From assembly GCF_009914755.1 (NCBI RefSeq), contig NC_060942.1: a DNA stretch of 64,000 nt, one strand, 5' to 3'. The translations under genes were made by a program, and so were the position numbers. Position 1 is the stretch's first letter, and each line of letters opens with the position of its first letter. The stretch comes from the human T2T-CHM13v2.0 reference genome, Homo sapiens. Below the pieces are notes generated by a model. It was given only the letters and a program-made list of their open reading frames with translations. It was not told the DNA's origin and ran no database searches. Positions 13,510 to 30,136 of this stretch are shown in pieces.

Positions 13510-15292
13510 ATTTTTGCAAGCTAGAGGGGGAGGTCACCAGAAGAAAAATAAATGAAACCATATGATTTAAAAGACTTAATATGACTTAATTATTAACTGT
13601 AAATGTGTTGGGCATTTTAATATTAAATCAAATGATGAATATCTGTTTTTTAAATATATCACAATGGAACAAGAAGATAGTATGTGCTTTCATTATAAAA
13701 TTGTAACAATATTTTCCTTGATGGTACTTTGTAATATCCTGACTTTATGTGTATTAAATACTTAAAGATGAAAAGGAATTTATATACTGTGACCAAAATC
13801 ACTTACGGACACAATATGCCCATTCGCTACTTAATTTAGCTATGAACAAATAAAAAATGTGAAGCAAATATTTTGTTAGAGCATTTGTTAGATGATATGT
13901 AGTGTAGTGCTATATAAAATAATAAATTTGACTTAATTTGAAGTGTTGTTTGAAGGATACCTTTAAAAAAATTGAAAAACTACTTGCTTCAAGTGATGGA
14001 ATATTAAGTGAGATAAGTACTGATCTGTTTCCAAAGTGCAGATTTAATTGATATATGTTGTGGGCCTTAGACCACATACATTTAGTATCTGATTCATAAC
14101 CAAGCAGACTTCACTTATAAGCATCATTGGAAAAGTACATGAAAATATCTGTCTGAAGAAAAATTGGTGAACTACATTATACTGATATGTTTATTCATTT
14201 TTCTATGAAAGAAACAAGAAAGCAGGTGGAAATAAACTCAATTTACAATTAAGGTTGAGTATAGTGAAATACATTTTGCAAAGAAAGTTGCACATTAAAT
14301 TTAACTTTTTGAAAAGCAGTATAGAAGAAACATTTTGGTTTTCTCAGTAGAAACAGTTTTTCTCCACTTTGAGTTAAATAAAAGTATCTACTGTTTCCCA
14401 CCAGGCGCCCATCTATGTTCAGATATCCTAACAGGGACTAATGAAGTAATATCACTTCTTAAAACAGAAGCTTTGTGTGAAATGCATGGAGACAAACTGA
14501 TAGTGATATGGATATCCTCCAGTAAAAGATAAAAGCAAGATTTCATTCTAATAAAAAATGTTTAGAAAATATAGGACTAGATAAGTTGCAAACAAATGGA
14601 AAGTCAAACAATGCCCCTAAAACCTAAACTACTACAAAATTATTTACTGTGCCATGCACACCTACAGGAAAAGTCCCAGATATTTACCACAAAAAATAGA
14701 TTTAAGGCTATTTATGATAGCAGTTAATAGATACTATAAAAACAAGTTGTATAAATTATGAAATTTAACATAGTATTACCTTTATCATCATTTGGTTATG
14801 CTTATATGAACTACCCATAAAGTCATAAGATAATTGGAAGTTTTCTATAAATACTATTTATATTATGCATTTAGTTTCCAGTAATTGAATGCTTTCAAGG
14901 GGATGTATAATTGGCATATTAAAGAAAATAAATATTATCTCCTGTAAACAAATCAAACTGCCAGATGTTGTTTCTTATGTCTTTTATGTAAAATTAATGA
15001 ATTATTTTCCTTCTTTACATAAGCAACAGCCTCTTTAAAATACATAGTACTATTGTGTTACCAGAAAAGGATGTGTTCCCTTGCTCATTCATTCTTTGTT
15101 CATTCATCGTAAACAATTGATTATCCACCATGAATCAGTTCCTGTGTCTATTACTGGGGTGAAAATAGTTGAAATAGCACAATCACAACCATCAAAACAA
15201 AGTCACAATTTTAAGCTAAATGTAGCTTCTGATACACATATGACATTAAAGTGTTGAAATTATCTTCTGAAATTATTTTATCATCTAAAAAT

Positions 15293-15294
<2 letters not shown>

Positions 15295-15324
<30 letters not shown>
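15295..15324. repeat. (CA)n microsatellite
   Basis: Directly visible. Confidence 0.9.
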
Positions 15325-15325
<1 letters not shown>

Positions 15326-15693
15326 TTGCTTGTGAATGAATTACATGGAGTATTAATTTGTATGAGTTTGAAATTCAAAGTAAGGGAAATCTGAAAAAGG
15401 AACTGCTTTCTATACACACAAACACACATGAGAATTATAACTAAATAAAGAATAAAATAAAACCATACCTATTGTCAAAGGGTTGCAATCAGTTTGGGGA
15501 AATATGATGAAGCAATGAACTGAAGGCCTCCTATTGAGGGCTGCAGAATGGAAAGCTGATTCTGGGACACTTTCTTACAGATATAACCAGAGTACGGGAA
15601 ACCCTCACAATCAACAGGTAGGTTAAAGAATGAAAGACTAACATAAAAAGAAAACTAAAGAGGGAAAGAACAGAGAAAATTGAAACAGACAAA

Positions 15694-15760
15694 TGATCAT
15701 GCCACTGCACTCCAGCCTGGGCTACAGTGAGACCCTGTCTCAACAACCACAACAACAAAA
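15694..15760 (+). mobile_element. 5'-truncated Alu (J-like 3' end) with (CAA)-patterned tail
   Basis: tgatcatgccactgcactccagcctgggctacagtgagaccctgtctc followed by an A-rich tail. Confidence 0.85.
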
Positions 15761-15764
15761 CGGA

Positions 15765-16200
15765 GAAAGAAATGGATGATAATTTTTAGAACTGAAGAAA
15801 GACACAATTCCAAAGATCCAGAAGGCACAAGTTGTTCAAATTAAGATAGATAAGATGTGCAACTAGACATTTTATTTATATGGCAAACACTGAAGGCAAA
15901 GGCTTAAAAGCCTAAAAACCACCAGAGGGAAAATATAGAACAATTATAAAGCCAAGACAATCAGAAAAATAGATTTCTCAACAGGAAACATTAAAAGCAA
16001 TGTTTTCAAAGTGCTGAGATAAATTAAATGTCTTCTCTGAATTTGGTGCACTGAAAAACTGTTGTCCAGGTTAAAGGACAAATATGCATAGAAACAAAGA
16101 GTGAGTTTAATCCTAATAGAGTCATGCTAAAATAATAAGGAATATCATGCAGAAAATATGAGAAAAATTGAGAATTATGGACATCAAGCAGGAAAATAAT
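15765..16200 (+). mobile_element. Ancient L1M ORF1 relic
   Basis: aatttttagaactgaagaaagacac...ccagaaggcac...acaatcagaaaaatagatttctcaacaggaaac...tgttttcaaagtgctga resembles degraded L1 ORF1. Confidence 0.55.
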
Positions 16201-16267
16201 TCCAAAGTAATTAAAACTGTAATTTTAAAGATACCCATGATATGATTTGTTTAAAATTAAATAAAAA

Positions 16268-16499
16268 GGACTGGGCACAGTGGCTCATGCTTGTAATCCC
16301 AGCACTTTGGAAGGCTGAGACAGGGGAATCACTTGAAGCTAGAAATTCAAGATCAGCCTGGGCAAGATAGCAAGACCTCATTTCAAAAAAAGAAAAGAAA
16401 AGAAAAAGAGAGAAGGAAGGAAGGAAGGAGGGAAAGAAGGAGGGAAGGGAAGAAGGGACAAAGAGAGAAAGAGAGAAAGAAAGAGAGAGAAAGAAAGAA

Positions 16500-16545
<46 letters not shown>

Positions 16546-16696
16546 TCATGGTTGTGCGTGCCTGTAGTCCCTGCTTCTCTGGAGGCTGAGGCAGGAGGAT
16601 CACTTGAACCCAGGAGTTTGAAGCTGCAATAAGCTATATCACATCACTGCACTCAGCCTGGGCAAGAGAAAAAGACCATATTTCAAAATAAAAATA
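16268..16696 (+). mobile_element. AluJ with expanded central A-rich linker
   Basis: Left monomer 16268-16384, purine microsatellite 16385-16544, right monomer with AluJ-type ggaggatcacttgaacccaggagtttgaagctgca. Confidence 0.88.
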
Positions 16697-16737
16697 CGAC
16701 TAGCAAATGACTAGCAGTTTGCATTGGAATCACCTTA

Positions 16738-19700
<2,963 letters not shown>

Positions 19701-20334
19701 AAAAATGATGAGTTCATGTCCGTTGTAGGGACATGGATGAAGCTGGAAACCATCATTCTCAGCAAACTATCGCAAGGACAAAAAACCAAACACCGCTTGT
19801 TCTCATTCATAGGTGGGAATTGAACAATGAGAACACTTAGACACACGAAGGGGAACATCACACACCAGGGCCTGTCGTGGGGTGGGAGGTGGGTGAAGGA
19901 ATAGCATTAGGAGATATACCTAATGTAAATGATGAGTTAATGGGTGCAGCACACCAACATGGCACATGTATACATATGTAACAAACCTGCACATTGTGCA
20001 CATGTACCCTAGAACTTAAAGTATAATAAAAAAAATAAGAGGTCTTGTGATGTGAACAAGAATTGGTTTTAACCTCTAGACTGAGCTTATTTTGAGTGAT
20101 ATTATTTTTTGAGTCTGTTCAGAAGGATTATCAAAGAGTGGAAAAGTTTAAGTATTTTATCAAGTAGAATTATCATACCTTAACATTATGTAAAAATTGG
20201 AATGCCTTGAAAATGTAAGAGGAAATGCAAGATCAAAATAGAAATTAAAGCTATTATCCTTTCTTAAGCTGTTTTAACATAAGATTATTCAGTGAAGCTG
20301 TTCACAGAGTAACCTTTCAGTAAACCTTAGCTAT

Positions 20335-20712
20335 TGTTATGGTTAGGCTTTGTGTCCCCAGTCAAATCTCGTCTTGAATTGTAATCCCCATAATCCCCAC
20401 ATGTCAAGGGAGAGACCAGGTGGAGGCAATTGAATCATGAGGGCAGATTACTCCATGCTGTTCTAGTGATAGTGAGTGAGTTCTCATGAGATCTGATTGT
20501 TTTATAAGGGGCTCTTCCCCTTTCTCTCAGCACTTCTTCCTGCTGCCTTGTGAAGAAGGATGTGTTTGCTTCCCCTTAACCATCTGCCATGATTATAAGT
20601 TTCCTGAGGGCTTCCCAGCCATGCAGAACTGTGAATCTATTAAAACTCTTTCCTTTATAAATTATGCAGTCTCGGGTGGTTCTTTATAGCAGTATGAAAA
20701 CAGAGTAATACA
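20335..20712 (+). mobile_element. THE1 (THE1D-like) MaLR solo LTR
   Basis: tgttatggttaggctttgtgtcccca...cagagtaataca; 5-bp TSD GCTAT at 20330-20334 and 20713-20717. Confidence 0.92.
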
Positions 20713-22399
20713 GCTATCGTGGTTACCATCCTCATCTTATTCATCAATAACCTTGTGTTCTCTTCGGCAACACAGATAGGCAGGGAATCAAGAGTAAAAC
20801 CAATGCTAACATGGATCAAAGGCTTTGGGATTATATAGGACAGATGGATAAGTAATTAAACCTCAAGGTCACAGGAAAACCTTTAAGCAGAAAGTCAGTA
20901 TGACAAGACGTGAGGTGAAGGAGTGGCATAAATTTCTAGTTGTTAGTATGACTGCATCATGGTTTCTTAATGTAGTTCAGGAGTTTCTGATATAATATTT
21001 TTAGTTGAGGGCCAAACTATTGCACAGGTGTTTGGCTGTAGGTAGTAATAGATGTATCTGTGTATGTGTACACACATGGAAACACACACATTTTGTTTTG
21101 TTTTACATCTTAATCACAAAAACGAATAAAGCCGTATCATGTAGAGCAGAGCAGAAATAACTCAGTTGTCTTTTGAGATAATTAATTTCAGTTTATTTAT
21201 TGAATAAAACATGAACCCTTATAGGTGTAAAATTTTTTTGAAATTTCTGTGTGATAAACATTTTTCAAAACCAGAGAAACTGTTTATAGGCACCATAGCA
21301 CTATTTTCTGGTAGTAATGAATCCTATTACATTTAGGACTACGTTATCATATCAGTTAATGCATTTTTTGTGCAATGATGCAGTTCCACCCACTACATCT
21401 ATCAGCAAAATGAATCATTTTTCAAGGACTCTGCATGAATATTAAATAAATCCATAGAAAATATTCAGAATCAAAATGTGTGAAATAAATTTGTATTAAC
21501 TGTAGTTTGATTAATACTGCTGTTCACTATTTTTATTTTGACAACTACATATTCTTACACTGTAATACACAAACATACATCTTTTCTAAATATGCTATTT
21601 CTGTTCCAATCAGGTGTAATTTATCAAATGAAATCACCAAGTAGGATACTTGGACACTTAGAGAGGAAAACAGGAAATATGATAGGCTTATATAATCCTT
21701 CCCCATTTGTTAGGCACCATTATTTGAATTCCTCATAAGTTTTACTTTAAATAGAGTTCGCTTGTATGTTATTGGCATTCATTCCAATTAAGATTCCTTT
21801 TCTGCATACAATATTCTTTATGTTATTACTATTATGTTAACTGCTGATGTCAAAATACCATTTTCATTTATCTTAGAAGTATAGAGACTATAAAGAAGCG
21901 TGGGGAAAATGTCATTTTCAATACAAGAATCTCTAGGTGAAATTGTCCCACAGATATGTTCCCCAAGTCATTCTTTTCTCCTACTCTTTTCTCCAAACTT
22001 CTTTTGATGAACAATTGACATTAAAATCCCAAACACCCAACACACAGTCTGGAGCATATCTTCCCCTGGATCATTTTGTATCATGTGCCCATTGCAAGCT
22101 TCCTGTAATTATTTTAAGCATTTTGTAAAGCATTTCTTGCAATAACTAACATTGAAATAGCCTAGTCATAGTGAAAACATTAGCTTTTATGGCTGCAAAA
22201 TTTGTCAACAAAGTTTACTGAAATAATTTTAAAAATGTTATTACGCTATATTTCATCTATATCTTAGGTGTTGGTTTATATTCTGATTTATTTCAAAAGG
22301 AAAAATTGTACTAAGGAAACAAATCAGTATTTGTTATGATGATACATAACTGAATCAAGGTAAAAAAAACATTTACTCAATGATGACTCTCCTGAAAGA

Positions 22400-22545
22400 A
22401 TTTTCATGCACCTACATTCTTTATTCTCATACAAACCTATGAAGTGGATGCAATTATCATTCTGATATTACAGATGAGAAAATGCACAGAGAAAGCCACG
22501 TTACACAAGTTTACATACATAATAAGTGTAGCAGGGGTGGGGAGT
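22400..22545 (-). mobile_element. MIR relic
   Basis: tattctcatacaaacctatgaagtggatgcaattatcattctgatattacagatgagaaaa is antisense MIR. Confidence 0.6.
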
Positions 22546-23541
22546 GGGAAGAGGGGTTAGATTCATTTCTACACAGGTGGGCAGTGTTGTTTTTCCAGCC
22601 ATCAATGTCTCTTGAGTTTTATCAACCAACTTGAAGAAATCACAAGATATTTTCTTACTATGATTCAGCGGCATTTTTCTTTTATTAAAACGTTTGCATT
22701 ACAGACAAAGTAAACTAGTCATCTATAATTGTAACAATACTTAATTTTTGTGAACAGTGTAAAACAGAAGAACATTTAAGCAAAAAGCAGTTGGAAAGAT
22801 TAGTACATATAAGTAACCATGTAAAAATATTTATTTTTTGGTACTTACATAACTTTTCTGCCTTGGAAATATTTATTGGTTGCATGGAGTGAACAATAGT
22901 TATCAGATATTGTTTGTGCCTAGTGATCCCTGATCTCCTTTGCAGCCCCCTAAATAACAATTAGCTCATTATCACCTCCATGCTGGAACTCAGTATCAAA
23001 TTCTCTCAAAAATCATTAGAGAATAGGTGTGAGAAAACAGAGGACTCATTCTGATTAATGACATTTCAGTCGTTTCCATTTTCTATTTTTTTCAGCAAGG
23101 TCTAGGCAATAATACTAACTTTTTATATAAATTTAATCTTTATTTTCTATTAATGAAAATTGTCATATCTGTTTAAATATGGTTGCCTTAGAAGTGTCAG
23201 TACTGGAAATTTTTTTTTTCAAATAGTAGTAATATCAGTAAAACATGTAAGTATTTGGCATTTAATCAAAGTACTCAGGGTAATGTTCCTTTTATGAGAT
23301 TTCATCAACATATATATATATGGAAGATGGAAACTTGTAATAATTATGAGATAGCATATTAAAATCAGTATATATAGAAAATGAAACATAAAGTTGCAAA
23401 TGTTAGTAAACTTGCAAATTCCAAATGGTTCTCTTATAAAAATTTTGTCATAATTCTATATAAACTTTTTAGAACTTTTATATGAAACTTTCTGATCATG
23501 TATCTATAAACTGTCTGAGCCTATACCTGAACTCTTTTCAT

Positions 23542-23762
23542 TAGGAGTGGGAAATACACGGTCAATCTGGCCCACAACCTGGTTTTGTACAGCTTACAAG
23601 GTAAAAACATTTTTACGGTTTTAAAGGTTGTATAAAACAAAACAAGCAAATTACAACAATAAAAAATAAGAGTAGACTGTTCCACAAAAATTCTGTGTTG
23701 TCACAAAGCTAAAAGTACTTACTCATTTTGTGTCATACAGAAACTGTTGCCCACGTTGTGCT
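23542..23762. mobile_element. MER58-like hAT-Charlie MITE relic
   Basis: caatctggcccacaacctggttttgtacagc...cacaaagctaaaagtacttact...tacagaaactgttgcc. Confidence 0.6.
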
Positions 23763-23769
23763 GTATTTT

Positions 23770-24380
23770 TTTGAGAAGATCTACACGTATATTTTCTTCA
23801 TGACTACTGTAGCATTATAGTACACTAAGTTCTCAGACTTTGTTGCCCTTCAAAATTATTTGGCTAGTCTAGGTTATTTTCTATACCATATATATTTTAT
23901 TGTCTGCTTGTGCATTAGTAATTTTTAAGTCAGCTATAACTTTGAATAGCCTTGAGCTTAAACTATTGCTTAATTTGCAGAAAATGTTTATCTTAACAGT
24001 ATTGAGTCATCTGGACCAATAACATTTTATGTCTCTTCATTAATTTACATCATATTTCATTTATCTCAGCAGCATTTTATATTTTTTCTGAGTAGAAGTC
24101 TTGCACAGGTTTTGTTAAATGTATGTCTAGAGTTTAAGATAATGTATTTTAATAGATTTTTTTAGAACAATTACTCTGGGCTCACAGTAAAATTGAGGGG
24201 GAAAGTAGCGAGTTTCTATATACGCCCTGTGCCCGTACATGCATAGCCTCCCTCATTACAAACATTCCCACTGAAGTGGTATTTTTGTTACAATCAATAA
24301 ACCTTCAATGACACATTATTATCACCTAGAGTCTATCATTTATATTAAGGTATACCCTAAGTGTCATACATTCCATAGGT
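23770..24380 (-). mobile_element. Ancient L1M fragments (ORF2 piece, then L1MC/MD 3' end from about 24145)
   Basis: ttaacagtattgagtc...gaagtcttgcacaggttttgttaaat; tcacagtaaaattgagg...gttacaatcaataaacc...acacattattatcaccta. Confidence 0.6.
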
Positions 24381-25757
24381 GTTCAGTATTTACACATTAT
24401 ACAACTGTCTTCAAGATTAGTATTTTATTAAAATCATTAATAATATAAAGTTGATCAAACACCAAATTACATTTTTCAACAATTTTAACTATTGCCTAAA
24501 GTTTTATAGAAAATTCATTGTTTAATGAGTTAATAGTGTTTGCGTTTTAACTAAATTACTTTCCAGATATAAATGTTGCTTTTTGATAGGTCTAGTTAAG
24601 ACTTTATGGAATTTAAAAGGAAAAGAGACAGAAGGTATTAGATGAATAGTGTTTACAAGGTTGAAAAAATATATTAATGATTGTTGTAAATTGTGTTATA
24701 GTTCATAAGTTTACATATAGTACAGATGCATGTACATACATATACTCCTATTACATTAATATAAATACAAGGTAGAAATAAATGGACTAAACTGAAGAGT
24801 TTGATACATTTCAGAAAAGATGTAGTTAAGTGGAAAGCATGTGAATCTGCAGCTTCCATTAAAATGTTGGCAAATTAATGATTAACTATTTTTCTATGAG
24901 TCTGAAAAGATGTGAAGGAAATTATAAAGCATCACAGTAATTGTTATTTTACTTGAGAATTAATGTTTATCTTTTGAAATTAAAAGTTGAGAATTATACA
25001 TGTCTTCTTGAAATCATGCAAAATATGCATCTAAAACTCAATGAGAAATAGATGATTGAGAATGTTACTGAAGTAATCTCTCAATAGTGTAATGTCTTAA
25101 TAATGAGAGATTACTTGGGTAACATTCTCAATCATCCATGATTGAGAAATGTTGAAAACACAGAAATGATATTGCTCAACATGTTTTCCACAAATCTTAA
25201 CATTTTACTTTTGAGAAGAATATGGCAAAAAGCATTGTCTTAATTTTTCCTATTCTACAATATATATAAATTCCAACATCCCAGTGTAGGCCAAGATATT
25301 GTCTCTGGTGTCATGTTTTGTTCTTAAACAGGAAATGAGAGAGTATGATAAGAGTTGCAGAAGCCTTATGAGATCTTCTCTAAAGAAGGTTTCTCTGCAG
25401 CAGTATTTTGAGTTGCCTCATTTCCTGGTGCCCAGAATTGTTACAACTAACTTTGTGGCTGCAGGTTAGGGCAAGAAAAATGAATTTTAGAAAAGAAGAA
25501 TATAGTAGATAGCAATCTGCAAATTGATTTACTTAAATTATCTGAGTATGCAGAATCCAGAATCCTTAGGAAGTATTGTTGAACAGCCAAGTTTAACACC
25601 TCCTCCTGTATATGCATGCAGGTAAACTTGAGACCAGATGCATACCATTCATGCTACACTTAACGATAAGATCCTAAAAAGACCTTTCATGACTGCATAT
25701 TCATTCAGGAGGCTTTAAACCCAATAATGCTATGGAATATGTGAAGGAGTGTTGTTT

Positions 25758-25785
25758 AACAACAACAACAACAACAACAACAAAA
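25758..25785. repeat. (AAC)n microsatellite
   Basis: Directly visible, about 8 units. Confidence 0.9.
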
Positions 25786-25861
25786 GGCAAAGCATCTGGA
25801 AGATTTAGCGAATGGGTGTAACTGAAAAATCATCTACTACTGTATTTGGAAGTAGAAACAG

Positions 25862-26242
25862 TGATATGGTTTAGCTGTGTCCCCACCCAAATCTCATCTT
25901 GAATTGTAGTTCCCATAATCCCCACATGTCTTGGGAGGGACCTGGTGGGAGGTAATTGAATCGTGGGGGTGTTACCCCCATGCTGCTGTTCTCGTGATAG
26001 TGAGTGTGTTCTCACAAGACCTGATTGTTTTATAAAGGCTTTTCCCCATTTTGCTCAGTACTTCTCCTTCCTGACATCATGTGAAGAAGGAAGGACATGT
26101 TTGCTTCCCCTTCCACCATGATTGTGAGTTTCCTGAGGTCTCCCCAGCCATGCTGAACTGTGAGTCAATAAAATCTCTTTCCGTTATAAATTACTGAGTC
26201 TCAGGTATGTCTTTATTAGCAGAGTGAGAAGAAACTAATACA
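25862..26242 (+). mobile_element. THE1 (THE1C-like) MaLR solo LTR
   Basis: tgatatggtttagctgtgtccccacccaaatctcatcttgaattg...aactaataca; 5-bp TSD AACAG at 25857-25861 and 26243-26247. Confidence 0.93.
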
Positions 26243-26859
26243 AACAGGAACTCATCCAATACTCTCAGAAACAAAAAAGAGATGTGGTCTCCTTAAAAAC
26301 CAACCAAAAAAAAATGCTATAAGTTTAGTACTTTATATTCCTGAACAATAGTCACAGAACAAATTATAAATAATAAAATAAAATTAATGGAAAAACTAAC
26401 GTTTGACTTAAAGTACAATTGAGCACTCAGATTCAAATAATTGGCTACTTTCTGGGAAAATCACTAAAAATAATAGAAACATTTATTAAAAGACAGGGAA
26501 GAAATAGAAGTACATTACCTATGCTTCCTAGGAGTAAAATACAATAATTTTCCAAAATGAGTAGAACAAAGGTGCAACTCAGACTCCTCTGTCAATGGGA
26601 AGATATTCAGGAAGTTGCAGTTCATAAAATAAAAGCAAACAAAACTTAGGAAAAAGTGTCAAAGAGTCAAGGATACAAGACTTTTTTTTTATGGAAAACA
26701 AAAGTAACTGTCCAGTAGCTTAGGTGATATAAGGATTGAGAATTAACTTCTGAATTGAATATTCACAAGATCTTTAGTGATAAATATCATTAGTGAAATT
26801 AGTGATAAGAAACTACTAAGGACAAAGGTGTCTGTGATTTTTTTTAAATACTCAGGGAG

Positions 26860-27176
<317 letters not shown>

Positions 27177-28469
27177 TCATGAAGAGAGTGATGGAAGCAG
27201 CCAGTGTAGTCACCTCTTCGTGAAGGCTTAATTTACAGAGGAGAGGCATACAGGACATAGCAGAAAGAGTAATGAGGTCCACAGAAAGGGGGGGTGTTTG
27301 TATTTTGTGTGTATATTTATTAAATATGATTTATGTGTGTATACCATTTGTGGGAAGGATATAATTTTTTCAAAAGCTGATTTTAAAAACCCGTAGCTGT
27401 TCTTTTTCCATTAAACAAAGACTGTGTTGGGGAAAGGAAGTTGACTGTAACACTGGACACTAGTGAAAGGATTGCCCTTATTCTAGAGGAGATTCTCCTT
27501 GTCCATTAGAGCCTGACACAAAGAGGACAGCAAAGATCTAGGTTAAGATAATATTTAAAGGATTTTAACATAACACTGAGAGAAATTATTTCTGATTGTT
27601 TAAATTGTTTGTGGAAGTAGAAATTGAGTTCATCTGCTTAACGTGACGGCTACATAGCAGTGTCATCGGTTTAAAAAAGAGAGAGAGAGAGAGTCATTCA
27701 AAACATCCACTATGGAAAGTATAAGAAAAAAAAAAAAGGAAAGAATTTCTAGGCTAGTGAGGGGTCAGAGCAACTAGAGTGAAGGTACTTATAAGGGGAC
27801 CAAATCTGAGATGCCGTGATGTGTTATCCAATAGCCTTGATTGGACCTGGAATTGTTACGGAAAAGTTGGCAGCATGGATTGGTCAGGCTAAGGAGTCTC
27901 TAGTCTGAGAGAGTAAAGGGTGATCACAGTGTTAAATAGAAACAGAAGTTTGCGCAGCCTGTGTGATATGTGTTAAAGAGAAAATTAGAACCTCAGAGTC
28001 TGGTTGAGGCCAGGAACATGCATAGAAGTAACTCACTGAGTGAACCAGAACTGTGAACACAATTCAGATTAATTACACAAAGAGGAACATTTCAAATGAG
28101 TAAGATTTGGAGAATTATCATGGAAGAATTTGGGTAATATGGATAAGAGTTGAAAGTCACTGAAGAAATATGATCAATACATTCAGAACAAGGGTATTGA
28201 ATAGACTATCAACATGCATATAGCGTTTACCTAGAATGACAGACCAACCTAGTAACAAAAGCCAGCACGAAATCCAGCCCTGTGATCACTGGTAATTACT
28301 AGTTGTTTACAAAAATAGATACAGAGATCCTTTCATGCATTAAGTACTCTGCTAGATGCTAAGAATCTGGAATAAAAAGGACCAAAAACATAAAAATGGA
28401 GAATGTTATTTTCCTAAAAGAGCATAGGATCTAGTAGAGAAAGTAGCTAATTAAATAGGCAATAACCTG

Positions 28470-28798
<329 letters not shown>

Positions 28799-28809
28799 TC
28801 ACCTGGAAT

Positions 28810-29720
28810 GGGAATGGGAGGAATTCACCCAATGTACAGTTCAGGAAAGACCTCTTTGTGAAATGACGTTTAAGGAGGTATGTAAAGGGTGAGATGATAA
28901 TTAAGGGTCATAATGTTCTACATGAGTATAATAAAAATCAGATAGTCTAGAAAGAGAATTACACTTGGATACCAAGTGTGGTTTAAAAGAGAGTGTGGTC
29001 TGTTGCTTCACACAAGGTACTGGAAAGGTATTAGTACTGGGGCATCATGTGCCAAAGCAAACTGCAAAACATGCAGACAGGTAGATGGCTCAAAATATGT
29101 AGCGATTTGTTGATCATATTAAGGAGTTTTGCTTTAGTGAGAAACCATTGAAAGCCTTAATACCTGAAATATAAGGAGCATATCATATGTAAAGTGATGC
29201 CATAGTCAGGTTTATGTATTTTCAAAGATAACATTAGAAACATTGATTGATTAAAATAATAATTAACAATCTTTGAGAAACATCTTATATAAAATATGTG
29301 CCATAATTAATCAGATGACAATATAGCAATTGTTATACATGTAAGTCTGTTGGTTGTCTTCTTTCAATGGAGTGAGATAGGTTGATCTGTTAGGAGCCTG
29401 GAAAATCTGTCCACAGCAGAAGTAATTTTGATCCAGGTGAGTGTAGCAGCAATAGGGAAGAAGAAAAGTGGACAGCTTAGAGATATTGGGAAATAAGTTG
29501 GGACAGGACTTACATTTAATTCAGTTTTAGACTGGGGTAAAGGGAGCAGTCAAGAACAGTTTCTGAATTTACTTTGTGCAAATGAGTGTGCATAGACTGT
29601 CACATACTGAGATAGGGCAAACTTAGAGATACAAGGTTTGAAGAGCAATGCAGATAATTTTGTTTTACACATTAAGCTTGACGATCCTGGGAGATATTCA
29701 AACGAGAAGTACAGGGATGT
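28810..29720 (-). mobile_element. L2 LINE relic (further L2-like pieces at about 26400-28450 and 30190-30480)
   Basis: ttcaggaaagacctctttgtgaaatgacgtttaag; gttgatcatattaaggagttttgc...ccattgaaag; ttttgttttacacattaagcttga resemble antisense L2. Confidence 0.55.
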
Positions 29721-30063
29721 TTAAGGATGTAATAGGCTAAATTTATTGGAAGAAAAGTTGATTATGGAGCCTGGGGAAACACGTAGTGATAGCACCCCTG
29801 AATGCCAGCGCAGGACTGGGATGCAGTTTATCATCAGGCAAATGAGTTGAAGCTACACTCAAAAACCAGAAATAAATGTTCATATTTATTTGAATCAAGA
29901 AATGAAATAAAGAGCAATAAATGACAACAGAACTAAGAATATGTTATTACAGATAGGAATAAGGTCAGAAGCTAAGGGAAATAGTAACAGGTGGAGAAAT
30001 CAAATATAAAACAGAAAGAGGAAACTATTTTAAGATTTACCCATAAACAGAAACAAGGGAGCC

Positions 30064-30136
30064 ATAGGCAATAGCCTGGGCCAGATGTGGTGGCTCACGC
30101 CTGTAATCCCAGCACTTTGGGAGGCTTAAGTGGGTG
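30064..30136 (+). repeat. 73-bp local copy of the 5' junction (TSD plus Alu start) of the Alu at 28470
   Basis: 71/73 identity to 28455-28527, including non-Alu flank ataggcaata.cctg and the private variant ggaggcttaagtgggtg. Confidence 0.92.
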
